DNA of 32,000 nucleotides from Ignicoccus hospitalis KIN4/I (GTDB taxonomy: Archaea; Thermoproteota; Thermoprotei_A; Sulfolobales; Ignicoccaceae), in the NCBI RefSeq assembly GCF_000017945.1, contig NC_009776.1, positions 1,265,539 through 1,297,538 of the forward strand, given 5' to 3'. Both the position numbers and the translations under genes were made by a program. Under the pieces are notes generated by a model. That model searched no databases. It had not been told where the DNA came from and saw only the letters and a program-made list of their open reading frames with translations. Of the stretch, positions 26,752 through 32,000 are shown piece after piece (the stretch's first letter is position 1; each line of letters begins with the position of its first letter).

Positions 26752-27759
26752 TTATAAAGCGGTAACGAGCTGCTTCCCCATCACTTCAGTTAAAGCCCTC
26801 ACTTTCTTCATAAGTTCCTTGAACTGCTCAAAGGTTAACTGCTGGGCTGCGTCGCTCTTCGCCTTGTCAGGCTCGGGGTGGACCTCGACTATCAGACCGT
26901 CGGCGCCGGCCGCGACTATTGCAAGCGCCAACGGCTCTACCAAGTCCCTCTTGCCGGCAGGGTGGGAGGGGTCCCCTATCACCGGCAAGTGGACCTTCTT
27001 CTTGCCTACCGGTATGGCAGCCACGTCCAAGGTGAACCTGGTGGCAGTCTCGAAGGTCCTTATGCCCCTCTCACACAGTATCACGTCGCCGTTCCCCTCC
27101 AACAAGACGTACTCGGCCGCTTGGAACCACTCCTCCACCGTGTTGCCCAGTCCCCTCTTTAAGACGACCGGCTTCTTTGCCTTGCCGACCTCTCTGAGCA
27201 GCGGGAAGTTCTGCATGTTCCGGGCCCCTATCTGGAAGGCGTCTGCCACTTCCGCCACCTTAGGGACGTCCCTAGTGTCCATGACCTCAGTGACTATGGG
27301 GAGACCCGTAACCTCTTTGGCCTTCTTTAAAAGCTTCAAGCCCTCCTCTCCGAGGCCTTGGAAGGAGTAGGGGTTAGTCCTAGGCTTGTAGGCGCCGCCC
27401 CTCAGAGCGGCTGCGCCCTCCTTCTTCACGAACTCTGCCGTAGAGAGTATTTGTTCTTCGCTCTCTACGGAGCACGGGCCGGCTATTACGGAGAAGTACT
27501 CGCCCCCGAACTTAGCGTTTCCGATGCTCACGATCGTGTCCTCTTGTTTGAACTCCCTGCTCGCCAGCGGGTACTTCGCCTTCACGTTTAGCACCAATTC
27601 AACTCCGGGCAACTTCTCCAAGCCCTCGACGAAGGTCCCGGGAGGGGTCACTATCAGAGGACGGCCGTATAAGGTGACTTCCCAGAACTTCAAGCCCTTC
27701 TCTTGTAAGACGTTCTTGACTTCCGATCCGCCCTCGCCTTGTTTAAGCACTATTATCAT
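26752..27759 (-). CDS. 3-deoxy-7-phosphoheptulonate (DAHP) synthase, AroF/G-like
   Basis: MIIVLKQGEGGSEVKNVLQEKG... FSVIAGPCSVESEEQILSTAEFVKKEGAAALRGGAYKPRTNPYSFQGLGEEGLKLLKKAKEVTGLPIVTEVMD. Start likely ATG 27759 rather than 27786. Confidence 0.94.
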   Translation of the reverse strand: MIIVLKQGEGGSEVKNVLQEKGLKFWEVTLYGRPLIVTPPGTFVEGLEKLPGVELVLNVKAKYPLASREFKQEDTIVSIGNAKFGGEYFSVIAGPCSVESEEQILSTAEFVKKEGAAALRGGAYKPRTNPYSFQGLGEEGLKLLKKAKEVTGLPIVTEVMDTRDVPKVAEVADAFQIGARNMQNFPLLREVGKAKKPVVLKRGLGNTVEEWFQAAEYVLLEGNGDVILCERGIRTFETATRFTLDVAAIPVGKKKVHLPVIGDPSHPAGKRDLVEPLALAIVAAGADGLIVEVHPEPDKAKSDAAQQLTFEQFKELMKKVRALTEVMGKQLVTAL

Positions 27760-28390
27760 GCTTCCGTTCCCCCTCCCCTCCCACACCCATCCCTTTTCTT
27801 CTGATCGTCTTCCACTTCTTCCTGACTATTGGGGGAAGGGGTCGCGTGACGCTAAGCCACCTAAGCGTCTTGGGGTCGGAAGGGTAGCCGGAACCGAAGT
27901 CCCCGTAACGGGCTCTAAGCTGGCTGACGTGCCTCTCCCTCGCTTCCTTCGCCACTATCGACGCCGCTGCCGCTGCCGGACACGAGGCGTCTCCCTTCTT
28001 CATTACGATAACGTCCGGGAACACCTCGCCGAGCGCCCGCCTCTGCTTGGCGCCGTTTCCAACGATATCGACGCAGACTACGTCTATCTTTACCTTGTTT
28101 AGAGCGGTCTCCAACAGTTCTTTCATAACTTCTATAGTAAGCTCGCTCAAGTTCCTCTTGTCTATTTCTTCAGCTTTCACTTCCTTTATCAATACAAGCT
28201 TTGCAGTCTTCATTATCAAGTTGTAAAAGTACCTCCTTTTGTTAGGAGTCAACATTTTGCTTTCTTTCAAGCCCAAGCTCACCAATTTCTCTAATTGATC
28301 TTGTTCGATGGCAACCAATGCGACGAACATGCTCCCTATGACCGGTCCGCGCCCGGCCTCGTCTATCCCGGCCACTATCATCGTTCTCAA
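27743..28390 (-). CDS. rnhB: ribonuclease HII
   Basis: MIVAGIDEAGRGPVIGSMFVALVAI; ASCPAAAAASIVAKEARERHV; GSGYPSDPKT. Start could be ATG 28381. Confidence 0.95.
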   Translation of the reverse strand: MRTMIVAGIDEAGRGPVIGSMFVALVAIEQDQLEKLVSLGLKESKMLTPNKRRYFYNLIMKTAKLVLIKEVKAEEIDKRNLSELTIEVMKELLETALNKVKIDVVCVDIVGNGAKQRRALGEVFPDVIVMKKGDASCPAAAAASIVAKEARERHVSQLRARYGDFGSGYPSDPKTLRWLSVTRPLPPIVRKKWKTIRRKGMGVGGEGERKHDNSA

Positions 28391-28505
28391 GAAAGTTAGG
28401 CAAAGAGCGTCTAACTACGTTACCCGTCGTTAAAGAAGCAACGTCAACAAACGGGTTGGGAGACCTTTTGTTTTCGCCCCTCGCGCAGAGTAGCCGGCGC
28501 CGGGC

Positions 28506-28919
28506 TTGCCGTGTCCGTGGCTCAAGGGTTCAACTTGTACCAGCCCGAAGCTGCCGAAGCCCTCTCCCGACGTAGTCGGTCCGCACTGTAGGAGCGAGTT
28601 CGAGTACCGCTCGTGCAACTTCTTCGTAGAGCCCCAAGACGAAAAGAAGGAGGGCCTCTTGGCCTTTCAAACCTCCACTTCAAAGGAGCAGACGTTCGAA
28701 AGCAAGTACAAGCCTTACAAGCCCATACACGCCCTTCCGGAGGAACCGGCGAGCAAGTGCCCTTACTTTAAGACTTACAGGGGCTCCGACGGCCGTTGGT
28801 ATGCGGTCTGTAGGGTATTAGACCGCTTGTTAACGGTGGCCGAGGTGAGGCTTTGCAACGCCCACTGGAAGACTTGTCCCCTCTACAAGAACGGCGCGAA
28901 GCTGGTGAGCGGAGACTAG
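28506..28919 (+). CDS. Cys-rich small protein with CPY...CPLY motif, unknown function
   Basis: MPCPWLKGSTCTS...VGPHCRSEFEYRSCNFF ... ASKCPYFKTYRGSDGRWYAVCRVLDRLLTVAEVRLCNAHWKTCPLYKNGAKL; TTG start. Confidence 0.65.
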   Translation: MPCPWLKGSTCTSPKLPKPSPDVVGPHCRSEFEYRSCNFFVEPQDEKKEGLLAFQTSTSKEQTFESKYKPYKPIHALPEEPASKCPYFKTYRGSDGRWYAVCRVLDRLLTVAEVRLCNAHWKTCPLYKNGAKLVSGD

Positions 28920-29374
28920 TGGTCCAGATAGTGGGGCCGCGCAAGAGCGGGAAGACAACGCTGCTTCAAGAACTAATAAAAGAGTTGAATAAATTGGGAG
29001 TAAAGCCTAAGGTAGTGAAGCAGACGAAGCATGCCCTCGAGGAGACGGACGCCGGCGACACCAAGCGCGCCTTAGAGGCCGGAGCGGAGGAGGTCTACTT
29101 AGTGTGCAGAAACGGCTTCCGCGTCCAGAAGAAGGGCAAAGTAGGCTTAGAAGAGCTCGTGTCTAGCCTCAGCGGGCTGATCATAGTTGAGGGGGGCAAG
29201 GGGGTGAAGAGGAGGGACTGGCTCTCCGTAGTAACTTGGAGGAACGAGGCCGAGAGGAAGGCCTACTGGAAGCCCTTGACCGTTTCTGAGATGGGCCCGC
29301 AAGACGATGCAAAGCTCGTCGCGTGGAAGGTAGCTCGCTTGATATTATCTAACTGGAGGGCTCGGCTGTCCTAG
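28919..29374 (+). CDS. mobB: molybdopterin-guanine dinucleotide biosynthesis protein MobB
   Basis: VVQIVGPRKSGKTTLLQELIKELNKLGVKPKVVKQTKHALEETDAGDTKRALEAGAEEVYLV; P-loop. GTG start at 28919 in the frame of the listed ORF 28853..29374. Confidence 0.85.
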   Translation: MVQIVGPRKSGKTTLLQELIKELNKLGVKPKVVKQTKHALEETDAGDTKRALEAGAEEVYLVCRNGFRVQKKGKVGLEELVSSLSGLIIVEGGKGVKRRDWLSVVTWRNEAERKAYWKPLTVSEMGPQDDAKLVAWKVARLILSNWRARLS

Positions 29375-29406
29375 CCTCTTTCACCGCTCAACACTCGGCA
29401 AACTCC

Positions 29407-29814
29407 TCACTGCCCCGCGGCCGCTTTATAGAGCGAGTAGATTAGCAGAAGTGCGCCGAGGGCCGCAACCGCCGCGTTAGCAAGCCTCCAGTCGCTCCTA
29501 AAGGCCCTGATTCCCAAAGGACGGTCGTAGAGAGGCCAGAGGGCCCAAACGCCCCTCACCGTGAACGAGTCCAAGAATATGTGCGACGCGTAGCCGACCA
29601 TGAAGTAGACGCCTCCGCGGCGGTCTATACTCCCGACTAGGAGGGAGAGCAAAAGCATGGCGAACACGTTGTGTAAGAGCTTTCTGTGCATCTTCTTTAA
29701 GTCGAGGTCTGGGACCTTGGAGCCCACCAACCCCCAAAGCGCGGCCCACAAGGGATCGGGGGAGAGGAGAGCGCTCAGCCCCGCCCCGAAGAGCGCGTGG
29801 GCGTATCCCTTCAA
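29407..29814 (-). CDS. YdjM/DUF457-like membrane-bound metal-dependent hydrolase family protein
   Basis: MKGYAHALFGAGLSALLSPDPLWAALWGLVGSKVPDLDLKKMHRKLLHNVFAM...GYASHIFLDSFTVRGVWALWPL: conserved H, PDLD and HxxxD patterns. Confidence 0.8.
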   Translation of the reverse strand: MKGYAHALFGAGLSALLSPDPLWAALWGLVGSKVPDLDLKKMHRKLLHNVFAMLLLSLLVGSIDRRGGVYFMVGYASHIFLDSFTVRGVWALWPLYDRPLGIRAFRSDWRLANAAVAALGALLLIYSLYKAAAGQ

Positions 29815-30737
29815 AACACTCTCGCCCCCACGTTGTCCGCCGTGGTTATCCTTACCTCAACGTCGCTTATCTTACTTTCCAGTTCCTCCATAATAACCCT
29901 GGACTCGGTTACGTGCACTACAGCAAAACACGCCGGGCCCATGCTGCTCAAGCCGGCCGAGCCGGCCACCTCTCTGAAGGTTCTACACACTTCTTTCGTC
30001 TTCTCGTCCTGAAGTTCTCGCTCTATTCTCTTGAACCCGACTTTCTGGAGCTCGTTTATCCCCCTTTTGAACAATTCCAAATCCTTCTCCAATATCGAAG
30101 GTATTATCATCATCAATATTATTCTTGCAGTTAAAGCGCTCTCTTCGGGCGGGATTGGGGTGTGTTTCAAGAACTCGCTTACCTCCCGGCGCTCGTCGTA
30201 AACTCCCTTGTGTGGAATGGAAATTACGAAGGCCCACTCTTCCGGGAACTCTAGGCGCAAGTAAGGAGGGGGCGTAGTTAACGAAGCTCCAGAAGGCAAG
30301 GGCCTCCTCTTGAGCTCGGCGTCGTGGCCGAAGTCCACTATGAAGCCGCCGCCCTCGAAGGCGGCCACGCCCACCCCGCTCGTGCCGCCTCTGCCCATAA
30401 AGACTGCCAACTCCCTAGAAGTCACCGGTATGCCATTTAACTCGAACAAGGCCTTAGCAGAGCTCAACAACAAGGACGTGGTCGAGCCGAAGCCGGCGTG
30501 AGGGGGCGGGGTCTCGATTACTCGCACCTTGCCTTTGAGCCCCAAGCGCTTGAGTTTGGGGACGACTTCGTCCGCCCGAGGCCCTTCGTAGGCTAGCTCG
30601 TCGTTCTCCTCAGCCACCACGACAGTCCTAGGAAACTTCAACGCCACACCGGCGCCGCCGTCCAAACGGCCCAAGTCGCCGCTCAAGTCGACCAAGGCGA
30701 AGTGCAACCTCGAGGGGGCAGAGACCTTAACCCGCAA
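29811..30737 (-). CDS. beta-ribofuranosylaminobenzene 5'-phosphate synthase-like GHMP-family protein
   Basis: VKVSAPSRLHFALVDLSGDLGRLDGGAGVALKFP; HAGFGSTTSLLLSSAKAL; GRGGTSGVGVAAFEGGGFIVDFGH: RFAP synthase pattern. TTG start. Confidence 0.85.
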   Translation of the reverse strand: MRVKVSAPSRLHFALVDLSGDLGRLDGGAGVALKFPRTVVVAEENDELAYEGPRADEVVPKLKRLGLKGKVRVIETPPPHAGFGSTTSLLLSSAKALFELNGIPVTSRELAVFMGRGGTSGVGVAAFEGGGFIVDFGHDAELKRRPLPSGASLTTPPPYLRLEFPEEWAFVISIPHKGVYDERREVSEFLKHTPIPPEESALTARIILMMIIPSILEKDLELFKRGINELQKVGFKRIERELQDEKTKEVCRTFREVAGSAGLSSMGPACFAVVHVTESRVIMEELESKISDVEVRITTADNVGARVF

Positions 30738-30804
30738 AGGCGACGAGCCCTAAGGCCTTAGTGAAGGAAGGGGGGTTATCTCGTCAGGCTCCACAAGCCC
30801 AAAC

Positions 30805-30812
30805 TTTATAAG
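30805..30812 (+). promoter_or_regulatory. archaeal TATA box for the 31-aa mini-gene
   Basis: TTTATAAG centred 26.5 nt upstream of GTG 30835. Confidence 0.6.
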
Positions 30813-30834
30813 TACCCTATAGCGCACAACGTCG

Positions 30835-30930
30835 GTGAGTGTCGTGAGCACGACCGAAGCGAACGAAGTAGTCTTGGTCTGCGAGGACAAGGGCCCCAAC
30901 CAGCCGGTAGTCTGCAAGCCCAAGCAGTAA
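30835..30930 (+). CDS. candidate leaderless mini-gene, 31 aa, unknown function
   Basis: GTG...TAA encodes (M)SVVSTTEANEVVLVCEDKGPNQPVVCKPKQ; TTTATAAG at 30805-30812 centred 26.5 nt before the GTG; GCGTTTTTTG immediately after the stop. Confidence 0.5.
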   Translation: MSVVSTTEANEVVLVCEDKGPNQPVVCKPKQ

Positions 30931-30976
30931 GCGTTTTTTGTTGAAGGACTTCTAAGCCCCGTCAGGGGTACGCTAG

Positions 30977-31996
30977 TTGAACGCGCCTCACCTCTTGGAG
31001 AAGATCTTAAGAGGGGAAAGACTCTCGAGTGAAGAGGCCTACGCCCTCGCGATGTCGATAGCAAAGAACGAGATAGATGACGTCCAGAAAGCCGGCTTCC
31101 TCGTAGCCTTGAGGTGTGGCCGAGAGCGGCCGGAGGAGCTCGAAGGCTTCGTAAGGGCTCTTCTAGACCTCGCCGTGAAGGTAGGGCCGTTTAGGGAAGC
31201 AATAGACACCGCGGGGACCGGGGGCGACAGGGCGAACCTGTTCAACGTCAGCACGGCGGCAGCTGTAACCCTAGCTGCCATGGGGTACAAGGTTGTTAAA
31301 CACGGCAACCGATCCGTCACCAGCGCGGCCGGCAGCGCCGACGTGATGGAGGCGTTGGGCTACAACTTGAACCTTCCTCCGGAGAAGGCGACCGAAGTGT
31401 TCGAGAGGACGGGCTTCGTCTACTTGTTCGCCCCCCTTTACCACCCTGCGATGAAGAACGTCGCACACGTGAGAAAGAACTTGGGCATAAGGACCATATT
31501 CAACCTTGCCGGGCCGCTCTCCAACCCCGCTAGGCCGGGGTACCAACTTGTGGGAGTGAGCGAGCCTTGGATGTTAGACGTGTTCGCCAAGGCGTTGAAG
31601 AACTTAGGGGTGGAGAGGGCAGCGGTGGTACACGGACGCCCGGGCATAGACGAGGTCTCGCCCACGTCCACTACCGAGGTCTATTTCGTAGATAGGGACA
31701 AGATAAGCTACAGCGTAATAGACGTAGAGGACTTCGGCGCAAAGCCCTTAGAGAGCTTAGAACCGCTAAAAGTAAGGGACATAAAAGAGGCGAAGGAGAA
31801 GTTCTTGAGAGCTTTAAGAGGAGAGTTCCCGGAGGCAGTCTTCCTAGGAGTCAACGCGGCCATGGCGATACACGTAATAGACGGGAAGGACGTAAGCGAG
31901 GCCTACTTGGAGGTCGTCGAGACCCTCGCGAGGGGAGAGGCGATAAACAAGCTAAGAGAAATAATAGAGGCTTCGGGAGGCAATCCTACGTTCTAA
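30977..31996 (+). CDS. trpD: anthranilate phosphoribosyltransferase
   Basis: IDTAGTGGDRANLFNVSTAAAVTLAAMGYKVVKHGNRSVTSAAGSADVMEALGYNLNLPP...PLYHPAMKNVAHVRKNLGIRTIFNLAGPLSNPA. TTG start. Confidence 0.97.
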   Translation: MNAPHLLEKILRGERLSSEEAYALAMSIAKNEIDDVQKAGFLVALRCGRERPEELEGFVRALLDLAVKVGPFREAIDTAGTGGDRANLFNVSTAAAVTLAAMGYKVVKHGNRSVTSAAGSADVMEALGYNLNLPPEKATEVFERTGFVYLFAPLYHPAMKNVAHVRKNLGIRTIFNLAGPLSNPARPGYQLVGVSEPWMLDVFAKALKNLGVERAAVVHGRPGIDEVSPTSTTEVYFVDRDKISYSVIDVEDFGAKPLESLEPLKVRDIKEAKEKFLRALRGEFPEAVFLGVNAAMAIHVIDGKDVSEAYLEVVETLARGEAINKLREIIEASGGNPTF

Positions 31997-32000
31997 TCGA

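Noticed and set aside
1-32000. CRISPR array, transposon or prophage
   Set aside because: No regularly spaced direct repeats, transposase, integrase or capsid-like ORFs were seen.

Overview
This 32 kb window looks like a dense hyperthermophilic crenarchaeal chromosome segment, most like Ignicoccus (organism is inference from protein character). I see no CRISPR array, rRNA, transposase or prophage. The backbone is housekeeping genes: a partial ribosomal cluster (S17-L14-L24-S4e-L5-S14-S8), a CBS-domain protein, NFACT/Rqc2-like protein, PurT, fibrillarin, an archaeal MiaB/CDKAL1-type methylthiotransferase, a thioredoxin-like/CcdA-like membrane protein, ThyX, ArgH, CDC48, TYW1, AspRS, DAHP synthase, RNase HII, MobB, RFAP synthase and TrpD, plus five tRNA genes (Leu-CAA, Gln-TTG, Val-CAC, Arg-GCG, Gly-TCC). 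The observations most worth a second look are: (1) TATA boxes of several tRNA genes spaced so that transcription should start at or within about 3 nt of the mature 5' end, together with a Pop5-like RNase P subunit candidate that carries a hydrophobic N-terminal segment; (2) an apparently unlisted 31-codon leaderless mini-gene with a TATA box and T-run; (3) two unlinked small Cys-rich proteins sharing a CPY...C...C...CP[IL]Y signature; (4) an unexplained AT-rich island with nested inverted repeats next to tRNA-Arg; (5) a regulator plus two membrane-protein cassette. No complete novel defence-like system could be supported.
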